The notes under the pieces: model-generated | The model's database searches: none | What the model saw: the letters and a program-made list of their open reading frames with translations, nothing else | Told to the model about the DNA's origin: nothing | NCBI GenBank assembly: GCA_051650705.1 | Contig: JBOFQV010000276.1 | Location: forward strand, 10,311 to 74,310 | Direction: 5' to 3' | Length of the DNA: 64,000 bases | DNA from: Clostridium sp. | Lineage (GTDB): Bacteria; Bacillota; Clostridia; Clostridiales; Clostridiaceae | Made by a program: the position numbers and the translations under genes | Part shown: one piece after another, positions 36,114-45,777 of the stretch | Position numbering within the stretch: position 1 is the first letter of the stretch | How the letters are laid out: each line of letters begins with the position of its first letter

Positions 36114-37373
36114 ATGGAAAAAATAAGAATAAAAGGTGTAGATAAACTTCAAGGAGAAGTAGACGTAAGTTCCGCAAAAAATTCTGTATTACCAATTATA
36201 GCTGCAACTATATTATGTTCTGAAGAGGTACGAATAAACAATGCCCCAATGTTAGATGATGTCCAAGTACTGTGTAATCTTTTGAGAGACTCTAATTGTG
36301 AAGTAAATTATAAAATAATAGATAGATCTTTAGTAATAAATACAAGTAATATTACCCCAATAGATGAAACTAGTGAACTTATGAGAAAGATGAGGGCATC
36401 ATTTTTGATTATGGGACCTATGTTAGCACGTTTTGGAAAATGTAAACTATCATTACCAGGAGGATGCAACATTGGGTTAAGACCAATAGATTTACATTTA
36501 AAAGGATTTAAGGCACTGGGAGCTGAAATTGTTCAAGGAAATGGTTATGTTGAAGCAACTGCTAAAACTTTGATTGGAAATAGAATATATTTAGACTTCC
36601 CATCAGTTGGAGCTACAGAAAATATTATGATAGCAGCTGTTTTAGCACAAGGAACTACAATAATAGAAAATGCTGCAGAAGAGCCAGAAATTTGGGATTT
36701 AGCTAACTTTTTGAATTCTATGGGTGCAAAAATAAGTGGAGCAGGTTTAGGTAAAATAACAATAGAAGGAGTTGATAGTTTAAATGGAACTAAATACACT
36801 CCGATTTATGATAGAATTGAAGCCGGTACATTTATGGTAGCAGCTGCAATTACTAATAGCATTATTAAGGTTAATGGAGTTAATGAAGAACATTCAAGAC
36901 CATTAATTGAAAAACTTAAAGAATGTGGAGTTAAATTTAACTATGAAGGTGATTCAATTATTGTAGATGGCAGAGGAGATAAAAGTAAAGTAGATATTAA
37001 AACCCTTCCTCATCCAGGATTTCCTACAGACATGCAATCACAAATGATGAGTTTATTAAGTATTACAAATGGATTAAGTATTATAACAGAGACTGTTTTT
37101 GAAAACAGGTTTATGCATGTTGCTGAATTAAACAGAATGGGTGCAAATATAAAAATAGATGGAAGAATTGCAATGATTGAAGGAGTAAATCAATTAACTG
37201 GTTGTGAAGTTAGGGCAACGGATTTGAGAGCAGGAGCAGCAATGATTTTGTCAGGATTAGTTGCTAAAGGAGAAACAATAGTAAGTGATATATTCCATAT
37301 TGATAGAGGATATGTAAATATTGAAGATAAATTTAGAATGCTAGGTGCAAATATTGAAAGAATAGAAGTATAA
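36114..37373 (+). CDS. murA: UDP-N-acetylglucosamine 1-carboxyvinyltransferase
   Basis: AKNS, LPGGCNIG.RP, PGFPTD, DLRAG. Confidence 0.97.
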   Translation: MEKIRIKGVDKLQGEVDVSSAKNSVLPIIAATILCSEEVRINNAPMLDDVQVLCNLLRDSNCEVNYKIIDRSLVINTSNITPIDETSELMRKMRASFLIMGPMLARFGKCKLSLPGGCNIGLRPIDLHLKGFKALGAEIVQGNGYVEATAKTLIGNRIYLDFPSVGATENIMIAAVLAQGTTIIENAAEEPEIWDLANFLNSMGAKISGAGLGKITIEGVDSLNGTKYTPIYDRIEAGTFMVAAAITNSIIKVNGVNEEHSRPLIEKLKECGVKFNYEGDSIIVDGRGDKSKVDIKTLPHPGFPTDMQSQMMSLLSITNGLSIITETVFENRFMHVAELNRMGANIKIDGRIAMIEGVNQLTGCEVRATDLRAGAAMILSGLVAKGETIVSDIFHIDRGYVNIEDKFRMLGANIERIEV

Positions 37374-37407
37374 CAATCAATTTTTTACTATATATTGATG
37401 TGGTAGG

Positions 37408-37450
37408 AAAAAATTAAGACTAAGTAATTATGCTTAGTCTTAATTTTTTT
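37408..37450 (+). terminator. Terminator after murA
   Basis: AAATTAAGACTAAG/CTTAGTCTTAATTT plus T-run. Confidence 0.8.
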
Positions 37451-37473
37451 GTTGATAACTATAAAAAATATAT

Positions 37474-37501
37474 TCATAAATATTTTTACATAACATATAT
37501 T
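37474..37501 (+). promoter_or_regulatory. SigE-type promoter of spoIID
   Basis: TCATAAA-13-CATATATT; spoIID is a known SigE target. Confidence 0.7.
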
Positions 37502-37529
37502 ATAATGTAAGTAATAAGGAGGGGTAAAT

Positions 37530-38582
37530 TTGAATAGAAAACTAAAATTAAATATAGAAGCGATATTTAGGCAATACAAAGGTATTGTTTTTACAACAAT
37601 AGCAATAATTTTATTTACTATAATTGCACCAATTTTTATATTAGGTTCACCATTGATTAAGTTTAACCCATTTGATTTAAATAGTAATAATATTAATTCA
37701 TCAAGTACAATAAATATAAAAGGAAATGATATGGTAAAGGTATATATAACTAATGATAAAAAAGTTATTGAGGTAAGTGTAGAGGATTATATAATTGGAG
37801 TTTTAGGTAGTGAAATGCCTGTTAGCTTTGATGAAGAGGCACTTAAAGCACAAGCTATAGCAGCCAGAACATTTTATTATTCAAGAAGAATATCTCCATG
37901 TCCTAAAGCAAATGGTGGGGAAATATGTGATACTGTACATTGTCAAGTATATATGAACAAGGAAGAACGATTGAGTAAGTGGAGTGCATCAACAGCTAAT
38001 CAAAACTATAAGAAGCTTGAGGAAGCAGTTAAAAGTACAGAAGGGTTAGTGCTTTCATATAAAGGTGAGTTAGTTAGGAGTCCTCAATTTTTTTCAACTA
38101 GTTCTGGGAAAACTGAAGATGCTAAAGATGTTTTTGGTAGTGAAGTGCCTTATTTAAAATCTATTGAAAGTCCTGGGGAAGAAATTTCAACTAAGTTTGA
38201 GGAGACAAAAACTTTTAAAAAATCTGAGCTTGTAAATAAAATTAATTCATCATATGAAAAATCAAAACTTAATATTAAAGATATACAATCACAAATTTCA
38301 ATAGAGGAAAGAAGTGAGGCGGGGATGGTAACTAAGCTCAAACTAGGTAATGAAGTTATTAAGGGAACAGAGTTTAGGAGTATGCTAGGATTGAATTCAG
38401 CCAATTTTACTATTGAGTATAAAGGCGAAGATGTAATAATTACTTGTAAGGGGTATGGTCATGGAGTTGGTATGAGTCAATGGGGCGCAAATGTGATGGG
38501 CAAGAACGGAAAAACCTATGATGAGATATTAACTCATTATTACACTGGTATTGAAATAAGGAAAGTTGAATATAAGAACTAA
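37530..38582 (+). CDS. spoIID: Stage II sporulation protein D
   Basis: EMP..F..EALKAQAIAART, HCQVY, GHGVGMSQWGA. Confidence 0.96.
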   Translation: MNRKLKLNIEAIFRQYKGIVFTTIAIILFTIIAPIFILGSPLIKFNPFDLNSNNINSSSTINIKGNDMVKVYITNDKKVIEVSVEDYIIGVLGSEMPVSFDEEALKAQAIAARTFYYSRRISPCPKANGGEICDTVHCQVYMNKEERLSKWSASTANQNYKKLEEAVKSTEGLVLSYKGELVRSPQFFSTSSGKTEDAKDVFGSEVPYLKSIESPGEEISTKFEETKTFKKSELVNKINSSYEKSKLNIKDIQSQISIEERSEAGMVTKLKLGNEVIKGTEFRSMLGLNSANFTIEYKGEDVIITCKGYGHGVGMSQWGANVMGKNGKTYDEILTHYYTGIEIRKVEYKN

Positions 38583-38612
38583 GAAGCGTAGCATTTTGCT
38601 ATGCTTCTTTTT
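38581..38612 (+). terminator. Terminator after spoIID
   Basis: AAGAAGCGTAGCA/TGCTATGCTTCTT. Confidence 0.8.
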
Positions 38613-38657
38613 GTATAAAATGTAGAAATTTGTTTGAAATAAATTTGGAATAATAAT

Positions 38658-38686
38658 GTATTAAATGCTTGTATATGGAAATAATA
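38658..38686 (+). promoter_or_regulatory. SigF-type promoter of spoIIQ
   Basis: GTATT-14-GGAAATAATA. Confidence 0.6.
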
Positions 38687-38704
38687 CAAAAAGGAGGTGT
38701 TTAA

Positions 38705-39412
38705 ATGGACAAAAATTTTAAACAAAAAACAAAAGATTTCTTTAAGAAGGAGGGTTTCTTTGTAGTCCTATTCTTATGTTTATGTGTTGTTACTATGGTT
38801 GCAGCTGTTACCATAAAAAAGGCTAAGGTACAAGAAGCACCTGAAGTAGCAAATGATAAACCAAATCAAGAAATCGCAATGAAACAGGATGATGAACCTA
38901 AAAATGTAACGGTTCCACAGGGAGCTGAACAGGTTAATAAAAATAAGAAGCCTGAAAGTGAAAATAAAACTGTTGTAAGTACAACAGTAAAATTCACAAA
39001 TCCTGTTGAGGGAGCAATATCACGTGGTTATACAGTAAACCCAATAAAAATGTCAGACAACGAATGGAGAACTGTAAATGGAATAAATGTTGAATCCAAG
39101 GTTGGAACAGATGTAAAGGCTGCTGCTGATGGTATTGTTGAGTTTGTTGGAGATACCGGTGTTGAATACGGTATTGTTGTAGAAGTTAAGCACAGCAATG
39201 GAATAACAACAAAATATTGCAACCTTGATAAGAATGTAAAAGTTAAAAAGGGAGATAAGGTAACGTCTTCTACAATCATTGGAAAAGTTGGAACTACAGC
39301 AAAAGTATTTGATTCAAAGCAATTTGGAGAATATTTAAATATTCAAGTTTGGAATGGAAAAGATCAAGTAGATCCAACAAAATATTTTACAACATATAAA
39401 ACAAAGAAATAG
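38705..39412 (+). CDS. spoIIQ: SpoIIQ-like membrane-anchored LytM/M23-fold protein (degenerate site)
   Basis: N-terminal TM, VKAAADG.V, VKKGDKV, VDP; between spoIID and spoIIID. Confidence 0.85.
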   Translation: MDKNFKQKTKDFFKKEGFFVVLFLCLCVVTMVAAVTIKKAKVQEAPEVANDKPNQEIAMKQDDEPKNVTVPQGAEQVNKNKKPESENKTVVSTTVKFTNPVEGAISRGYTVNPIKMSDNEWRTVNGINVESKVGTDVKAAADGIVEFVGDTGVEYGIVVEVKHSNGITTKYCNLDKNVKVKKGDKVTSSTIIGKVGTTAKVFDSKQFGEYLNIQVWNGKDQVDPTKYFTTYKTKK

Positions 39413-39524
39413 TAAAAGGGTGTACATTGAGAATTTTGGGTGAATCATTTATGCATTTATGTTTTAGAGCATATGATTCATCCTAAATGTACATGAAAAC
39501 TTTAAAGAAAGGGACGGTATAAAG

Positions 39525-39776
39525 TTGAAGGATTATATTGAAGAAAGAGTGCTTGAAGTTGCTCAATATATAATTGAGTCACAAGCTACTATAAGAAAAA
39601 CTGCAAAAGAGTTTGGAGTTAGCAAAAGCACGATTCATAAAGATATGACAGAGAGATTGCCAAAGATTAATCCAGCAATTGCAGAACAAGCACAGAATAT
39701 TTTAGAGCTTAATAAATCAGAAAGACATATTAGAGGTGGAAAAGCTACTAAGTTGAAATATAAAGCTATTGAATAA
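39525..39776 (+). CDS. spoIIID: Sporulation transcription factor SpoIIID
   Basis: KDYIEERV, GVSKSTIHKD, RHIRGG. Confidence 0.97.
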   Translation: MKDYIEERVLEVAQYIIESQATIRKTAKEFGVSKSTIHKDMTERLPKINPAIAEQAQNILELNKSERHIRGGKATKLKYKAIE

Positions 39777-39893
39777 ATACCACATTATATATTATAATAT
39801 TGAATTAAGGTAGAATTTTGTAAATTTAGAATGTTTAATGATAAATTTTAATGAAATGATGAATGAAAATATTTAATTAGAGGTGAATTAAGA

Positions 39894-40928
39894 ATGTGGT
39901 TTTGGAGAACAGGAACTGACTTAGGAATAGACCTTGGAACGGCAACTGTATTAGTTTATGTAAAAGGAAAGGGTGTAATACTAAAGGAACCATCAGTAGT
40001 AGCAATAAATAAAAATAATAATAAAGTATTAGCTGTTGGTGAAGAAGCAAGAAAAATGATTGGTAGAACACCAGGGAATATTGTTGCAGTTAGACCTTTA
40101 AGAGATGGAGTAATTTCAGATTATGATATTACAGAAAAGATGTTAAAGGCATTTATACGTAAGGCATGTGGTAATAGAAAAATTACCGCACCTAAAGTTA
40201 TGGTGTGTGTTCCATCACAAGCAACTGAAGTTGAGAAGAGAGCTGTAATGGATGCAGCAAGAAATTCAGGAGCTAAGAGAGTTCACCTAATTGAAGAACC
40301 ATTAGCAGCTGCAATTGGTTCAGGATTAGATATAACAAAACCAAATGGATGTATGGTTGTTGATATTGGAGGAGGAACTTGTGATATTGCAGTAATATCT
40401 TTAGGAGGAGTTGTTGTAAGACAATCAATAAAGGTTGCAGGAGACAAGTTTGATGATTCAATAATTAGACATGTAAGAAATAAATACAAGATAATGATAG
40501 GGGAAAAGACAGCCGAAGAATTAAAGATAAAGGTTGGTTCTGCTTTAAAAGGAGAAAGAAATGAATTTACTACAATGAAGGGAAGAAATTTAGTTACTGG
40601 ATTACCAGATGAACTAGAAATTGGAACAGATGAAATAGTAGATGCTTTAAATGAAGCTGTTACATCTATTGTTTGGAATGTTAAAGCTGTATTAGAAAGA
40701 ACTCCACCAGAGCTTTCAGCTGATATAATAGAAAGAGGAATCTTGATGACAGGTGGTGGAGCACTATTACATGGGTTAGACAAGCTGATAGAAAGAGAAA
40801 CAGGGGTAAGTGTAACTGTTGCTAGTAATGCAATAGAAGCTGTTGCAGAGGGAACAGGAGAAGTGTTGAATTACTTTGATAAATTAGATAGTTCACTTAA
40901 TAATCAAGAAGTAACATTAATTGAATAA
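39894..40928 (+). CDS. mbl: MreB-like protein Mbl
   Basis: IDLGT, DIGGGT, TGGGA; follows spoIIID. Confidence 0.93.
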   Translation: MWFWRTGTDLGIDLGTATVLVYVKGKGVILKEPSVVAINKNNNKVLAVGEEARKMIGRTPGNIVAVRPLRDGVISDYDITEKMLKAFIRKACGNRKITAPKVMVCVPSQATEVEKRAVMDAARNSGAKRVHLIEEPLAAAIGSGLDITKPNGCMVVDIGGGTCDIAVISLGGVVVRQSIKVAGDKFDDSIIRHVRNKYKIMIGEKTAEELKIKVGSALKGERNEFTTMKGRNLVTGLPDELEIGTDEIVDALNEAVTSIVWNVKAVLERTPPELSADIIERGILMTGGGALLHGLDKLIERETGVSVTVASNAIEAVAEGTGEVLNYFDKLDSSLNNQEVTLIE

Positions 40929-40930
40929 CA

Positions 40931-40966
40931 ATAAAAAGACAAACCAGGTGGTTTGTCTTTTTATTT
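40931..40966. terminator. Bidirectional terminator mbl/yyaC
   Basis: ATAAAAAGACAAACC/GGTTTGTCTTTTTAT. Confidence 0.85.
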
Positions 40967-40985
40967 GGATGAAATAAAATTTAAA

Positions 40986-41522
40986 CTATAAAGGTAATGC
41001 TCTACGATTGAGATGATATGCATGAATTAGTGCTTTTGATATAACTCTTGCCATACTTAAAATGAGAGATAACCTAATTGAGCGAGTAGAAAAAAATTCT
41101 GAATTGTCGTTTGAGTCAACAATACCTATAATCGATGCAGAACCCACATCAGGCAAGGTTTTACCAACACCTTTTCCAGGATGAATAGGATAGTCTCGCG
41201 TGTGTATCTCTCCAATGGCTTTAGTATCACCTAAGCATGCATCTATACCTATTATTAGTGAATTTGGATGATTTTTTTTAATTTCTTTTAATTTCTTATC
41301 AATATTTAAAGCATGAATTGGATTTGAAATTGTTCCGTATATAGGATATGGAAATAAGTTTTCCTCTAAAAGAGTACCAACTAATGGACCTAAGCAATCG
41401 CCAATACATTTATCAGTACCAATACATACTATAACGGTGCTTTCCTTTAAATAAGGTCTAATTCCTTCTGCAATCTCATAATAAGCAAGTGGTGATTCAT
41501 AGTGAACCTTTATTTTTACCAA
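40986..41522 (-). CDS. yyaC: Spore protease YyaC
   Basis: CIGTD..IGDCLGPLVG, IDACLG, PGKGV. Confidence 0.93.
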   Translation of the reverse strand: MVKIKVHYESPLAYYEIAEGIRPYLKESTVIVCIGTDKCIGDCLGPLVGTLLEENLFPYPIYGTISNPIHALNIDKKLKEIKKNHPNSLIIGIDACLGDTKAIGEIHTRDYPIHPGKGVGKTLPDVGSASIIGIVDSNDNSEFFSTRSIRLSLILSMARVISKALIHAYHLNRRALPL

Positions 41523-41625
41523 ATATACTCACCCCCGTATAAATATATGAGAACAATGAAAAAATATTTCTAAAAAAGAATAAAAATATTAATAAGTGGT
41601 AATAAATGTTAAAAGGAGGTGTTGT

Positions 41626-42135
41626 ATGAGAAAAGTATTAATAAGTTTTATTATGATAACAACAACATTATGTACGGTTTATACCGTAGTCTTTTGGCAA
41701 CCAAGCTTAATAACTGAAAATATTAATAAGTCAAATGTTACAAAAATAGAAAATAATCAGGAGAGTATGGAAAAAAAGAGTTTTGAAAATATACAACCAG
41801 GTAAATCAAATATAAAAGAAAAAGTTGATTCAAGTAAAAATAGCAATAATAAGAGTGCTATTTCAAGCAATATAGTTTTATTAAAAATGAGTAAAGAAGA
41901 AATTTTAGACTCTCTATCTATTACTGATAAATTCAAATTAGGGAAGTATGCATATAAATTACAGGAGATTGATAGGAATAGAATTATAGAGTGGATGACT
42001 AGTGGGAATGAAATTGAAGGTGCACAAAAGTCATACAAACTTATTAAGAGTAGATTATCAACAGAAGATTTTACTGAGTTACAACGAATAATAACTCCTT
42101 ATGTTAATATGGAATTATTAAAACAGGAAATTTAG
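41626..42135 (+). CDS. Hypothetical exported or membrane-anchored protein
   Basis: AGGAGGT RBS; N-terminal hydrophobic anchor. Confidence 0.75.
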   Translation: MRKVLISFIMITTTLCTVYTVVFWQPSLITENINKSNVTKIENNQESMEKKSFENIQPGKSNIKEKVDSSKNSNNKSAISSNIVLLKMSKEEILDSLSITDKFKLGKYAYKLQEIDRNRIIEWMTSGNEIEGAQKSYKLIKSRLSTEDFTELQRIITPYVNMELLKQEI

Positions 42136-42236
42136 TAGCTAAAGTAGAAAATAATGAATTACATATTAATATAAAGTAATATAGAGAAAAATAGAATTAA
42201 ATTAAGATAATCAATCTAAATGGGTGAATTTAAGGG

Positions 42237-42265
42237 TTGAAAATATGAGCCTTTGAATATATACT
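42237..42265 (+). promoter_or_regulatory. SigmaA promoter of tRNA array
   Basis: TTGAAA-17-TATACT. Confidence 0.7.
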
Positions 42266-42303
42266 AACTATTGTCGGTTCGCAAGAAACGAAGAAAATTA
42301 TTT

Positions 42304-42387
42304 GGAAGATTTCCCGAGCGGCCAAAGGGGGCAGACTGTAAATCTGTTGCGATAGCTTCGATGGTTCGAATCCATCATCTTCCACCA
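42304..42387 (+). tRNA. tRNA-Tyr(GTA)
   Basis: Cloverleaf, CTGTAAA anticodon loop, long variable arm, TTCGAAT, CCA. Confidence 0.97.
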
Positions 42388-42395
42388 TTGTTTTA

Positions 42396-42471
42396 GGGCG
42401 CATAGCTCAGCTGGGAGAGCATCTGCCTTACAAGCAGAGGGTCACAGGTTCGATCCCTGTTGTGCCCACCA
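42396..42471 (+). tRNA. tRNA-Val(TAC)
   Basis: Cloverleaf, CTTACAA loop, CCA. Confidence 0.97.
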
Positions 42472-42501
42472 TTAAAACAAAAAAATAATTTTCAATAATA
42501 T

Positions 42502-42576
42502 GCTTCCATGGCTCAATGGCAGAGCAGCTGACTTGTAATCAGCAGGTTGTTGGTTCGACTCCGACTGGAAGCTCCA
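42502..42576 (+). tRNA. tRNA-Thr(TGT)
   Basis: GCTTCCA/TGGAAGC acceptor stem, CTTGTAA loop, CCA. Confidence 0.96.
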
Positions 42577-42585
42577 TTAAAATAC

Positions 42586-42669
42586 GGAAGATTTCCCGAG
42601 CGGCCAAAGGGGGCAGACTGTAAATCTGTTGCGATAGCTTCGATGGTTCGAATCCATCATCTTCCACCA
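42586..42669 (+). tRNA. tRNA-Tyr(GTA)
   Basis: Identical to copy at 42304. Confidence 0.97.
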
Positions 42670-42675
42670 TTTTAA

Positions 42676-42751
42676 GGGCGCATAGCTCAGCTGGGAGAGC
42701 ATCTGCCTTACAAGCAGAGGGTCACAGGTTCGATCCCTGTTGTGCCCACCA
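42676..42751 (+). tRNA. tRNA-Val(TAC)
   Basis: Identical to copy at 42396. Confidence 0.97.
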
Positions 42752-42781
42752 TTAAAACAAAAATAAAGTTCAATAAGTTAT

Positions 42782-42856
42782 GCTGATATGGCTCAATGGC
42801 AGAGCAGCTGACTTGTAATTAGCAGGTTGTAGGTTAGACTCCTATTGCCAGTTACA
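42782..42856 (+). pseudogene. Degenerate tRNA-Thr(TGT)
   Basis: Acceptor mismatch GCTGATA/TGCCAGT, T-loop TTAGACT instead of TTCGACT, 3' end ACA not CCA. Confidence 0.8.
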
Positions 42857-42865
42857 ATATAATAT

Positions 42866-42949
42866 GGAAGATTTCCCGAGCGGCCAAAGGGGGCAGACTG
42901 TAAATCTGTTGCGATAGCTTCGATGGTTCGAATCCATCATCTTCCACCA
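42866..42949 (+). tRNA. tRNA-Tyr(GTA)
   Basis: Identical to copy at 42304. Confidence 0.97.
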
Positions 42950-42951
42950 TT

Positions 42952-42978
42952 AAGCAAGAAGTAATTCTTGCTTTTTTT
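42952..42978 (+). terminator. Terminator of tRNA array
   Basis: AAGCAAGAA/TTCTTGCTT plus T-run. Confidence 0.85.
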
Positions 42979-43012
42979 ACGTCTATGTGGTGAAAAGTTT
43001 TGAAAAATAATG

Positions 43013-43041
43013 TTGACACCAAAAAAAGGATATGATAGAAT
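43013..43041 (+). promoter_or_regulatory. SigmaA promoter of metK leader
   Basis: TTGACA-17-TAGAAT with TG extension. Confidence 0.8.
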
Positions 43042-43073
43042 AAATTAAAAATTAAATAAGATAATAGATTTTA

Positions 43074-43225
43074 CTCTTATCAAGAGAGGTGGAGGGATAG
43101 GGCCCTATGAAACCCGGCAACCTGTATAAAGTACAAGGTGCCAATTCCTGTAGAAGTTATTCTACGAGATGAGAGAGATTACTACAGAAACGTATTGTAT
43201 CTCTTCTTATCGAAGAGTTTTTTTT
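43074..43225 (+). promoter_or_regulatory. SAM-I (S-box) riboswitch with terminator
   Basis: CTCTTATCAAGAGAGGTGGAGGGA...GAAACCCGGCAACC...GGTGCCAATTCC...GATGAGAG (43074-43175); terminator CTCTTC/GAAGAG plus T8 (43201-25). Confidence 0.96.
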
Positions 43226-43251
43226 ATTAAAAAAACAAATTTGAAAGGAGA

Positions 43252-44436
43252 ATGGAAGAAATGAGAAGACTATTTACATCAGAATCAGTAACGGAGGGGC
43301 ATCCAGATAAAATTTGCGATCAAATATCAGACGCAGTTTTAGATGCAATATTAGAAAAGGATCCATTAGCAAGAGTAGCATGTGAAACATGTGCAACTAC
43401 AGGAATGGTTATGGTTATGGGAGAAATAACTACTAACTGTTATGTTGATATTCCAAAGGTTGTTAGAGAAACAGTAAGAGAAATTGGATATGATAGAGCA
43501 AAGTTTGGATTTGATTGTGATACATGTTCAGTATTAACTTCAATTGATGAGCAATCAGCTGATATCGCTATGGGAGTAAATGAAGCTTTAGAGTCAAGAA
43601 AAGGTGAAAAGGATGAGGTTGAAGCTGTAGGAGCTGGGGACCAAGGAATGATGTTTGGATATGCTACAAACGAAACACCTGAGTATATGCCATTACCAGT
43701 AGCTATGGCTCATAGATTATCAAGAAGATTAACAGAAGTTAGAAAGAATGGTACATTAGATTACTTAAGACCAGATGGAAAAACTCAAGTAACTGTAGAA
43801 TATGTTGATAATAAGCCAGTTAGAATTGATGCAATTGTTATTTCAACTCAACATGGTGAAGAAGTAACTTTAGAACAAATAGAAAAAGATTTAATAGAAT
43901 ATGTAATAAAGGCTGTTATTCCAGCAGAATTATTAGATGAAAATACTAAATATTATATAAATCCAACAGGTAGATTCGTTGTGGGAGGACCTCAAGGAGA
44001 TACTGGATTAACAGGAAGAAAGATAATTGTTGATACTTATGGAGGAATGGGAAGACACGGTGGTGGAGCATTCTCAGGTAAAGATCCAACAAAGGTTGAT
44101 AGATCAGCTGCATATGCTGCAAGATGGGTTGCTAAAAACTTAGTTGCTGCAGGAGTTGCAGATAAAGCTGAAATTCAATTAGCTTATGCTATTGGAGTTG
44201 CTAAGCCAGTTTCAATAGAGGTTGAAACATTTGGAACTTCTAAATTAGGGGAAGAAGAAATAATTGCAATTATAGAAAAGTGCTTTGATTTAAGACCAGG
44301 AGCAATTATCAGAGACTTAGATTTAAGAAGACCAATCTACAAGCAAACAGCTGCTTATGGACATTTTGGAAGATTAGATTTAAACCTTCCATGGGAAGAA
44401 TTAAACAAGGTTGAAGAAATAAAGAAATATTTATAA
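43252..44436 (+). CDS. metK: S-adenosylmethionine synthetase
   Basis: [25 protein letters not shown]. Confidence 0.98.
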   Translation: MEEMRRLFTSESVTEGHPDKICDQISDAVLDAILEKDPLARVACETCATTGMVMVMGEITTNCYVDIPKVVRETVREIGYDRAKFGFDCDTCSVLTSIDEQSADIAMGVNEALESRKGEKDEVEAVGAGDQGMMFGYATNETPEYMPLPVAMAHRLSRRLTEVRKNGTLDYLRPDGKTQVTVEYVDNKPVRIDAIVISTQHGEEVTLEQIEKDLIEYVIKAVIPAELLDENTKYYINPTGRFVVGGPQGDTGLTGRKIIVDTYGGMGRHGGGAFSGKDPTKVDRSAAYAARWVAKNLVAAGVADKAEIQLAYAIGVAKPVSIEVETFGTSKLGEEEIIAIIEKCFDLRPGAIIRDLDLRRPIYKQTAAYGHFGRLDLNLPWEELNKVEEIKKYL

Positions 44437-44440
44437 TATA

Positions 44441-44510
44441 AAAATTGGGACCATTTATATGGTCCTAATTTTGTTTGTAAAAAAGGCAAGTATTTGAAAT
44501 ACTTGCCTTT
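44441..44510. terminator. Paired terminators of convergent metK and nagA
   Basis: Hairpins at 44441-72 and 44479-510. Confidence 0.8.
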
Positions 44511-44514
44511 AAAA

Positions 44515-45648
44515 TTATGCTGAATAAACAACTTTACCCTTAACTATAGTTGTAGATACTTTTATATCTTCATCAAAAAGAATTAAATCAGCATCAAAGC
44601 CTTCTTTAATTATACCTTTTCTATCTCCAACCTTACAGAATTTAGCTCCGTTTGTTGAAGCCATCTTAACAACTTCATATAAAGGTAGATCTGAATTCTT
44701 ATAAACATTATTTACAGCTCTATCAAGAGTTAGTATTGAACCAGCTAAAACTCCATTTAAAAGTCTAGCAGCCCCATTTTTAACAACAACATCTTGGCCA
44801 CCAAGGGAATACATACCGTCAGCCATACCACATGCCATCATTGCATCAGATATTAACATAACCTTATCAGTTCCTTTTTGCTTGTATGCAGTTCTTAAAG
44901 CAGGATAAGAAATATGAATACCATCTGAAATAGTTTCTGTTGATATATCACTATCAAATGTTGCTCCAACAACGCCTGGCTCTCTATGAGTAAATGGTGT
45001 CATAGCATTGAAAAGGTGAGTTGAATGACAGCATCCACATTGAATTCCATGCATTGCTTGATCGTAAGTTGCTTTAGTATGTCCTATTGAACAAGCTACA
45101 CCTTCAGCAGTTAAATATTTAATTAATTCATCTGCACCAGGAACTTCTGGAGCAATAGTAATTGAAGTAACAGCATCAGCTGCATCTCCAACCATTGCCT
45201 TATATGTTTCAATTGAAGGAGCTTGAAGGAAGTTTGGATTTTGTGCTCCAATTGCATTAGGGCTAATAAATGGACCTTCAAGGTGAGCACCTAAAACATT
45301 AGCACCATCAGTTCCTTCTAATTTTGCTGTTTTGATAACTCCCATTGCTTTTTTTATATCTTCAACAGCAACAGTCATTGTAGTTGGAGTAAATGATGTA
45401 GTTCCAAATTTACAAATTGTTGAAGCAATTGTATTTATAGCTTCAAAAGTTCCATCCATAGTATCGAAACCACCAGCACCATGAATGTGAATATCAATAA
45501 ATCCAGGTGATAGATATTGTCCCTTAGCATCTATTACTTCTCCATCATATGAAGATGGGTTGATTTCTTTAATCTTACCATTTTCAACTAGAACTGAACC
45601 TTCCTCAATTCTATCTTCAAAAATGATTTTACAATTCTTAATTAACAT
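44515..45648 (-). CDS. nagA: N-acetylglucosamine-6-phosphate deacetylase
   Basis: PGFIDIHIHG, HLEGPF, HLFNAM, DGIH. Confidence 0.96.
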   Translation of the reverse strand: MLIKNCKIIFEDRIEEGSVLVENGKIKEINPSSYDGEVIDAKGQYLSPGFIDIHIHGAGGFDTMDGTFEAINTIASTICKFGTTSFTPTTMTVAVEDIKKAMGVIKTAKLEGTDGANVLGAHLEGPFISPNAIGAQNPNFLQAPSIETYKAMVGDAADAVTSITIAPEVPGADELIKYLTAEGVACSIGHTKATYDQAMHGIQCGCCHSTHLFNAMTPFTHREPGVVGATFDSDISTETISDGIHISYPALRTAYKQKGTDKVMLISDAMMACGMADGMYSLGGQDVVVKNGAARLLNGVLAGSILTLDRAVNNVYKNSDLPLYEVVKMASTNGAKFCKVGDRKGIIKEGFDADLILFDEDIKVSTTIVKGKVVYSA

Positions 45649-45777
45649 AAAACACCTCCGAGTGATTAATTAAAAGGTAATAAAATTCAATTTATTCTTT
45701 CAATTTATTTCTTTATGATATAATTATAATACATAAAGGCAAAAATAAAAATAATAAAAAAGATTTGGAGAGATAAT

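Noticed and set aside
42304-42949. Regular ~281-bp repeats as a CRISPR array or integration-site duplication
   Set aside because: The repeats are full tRNA genes; no cas or integrase genes nearby
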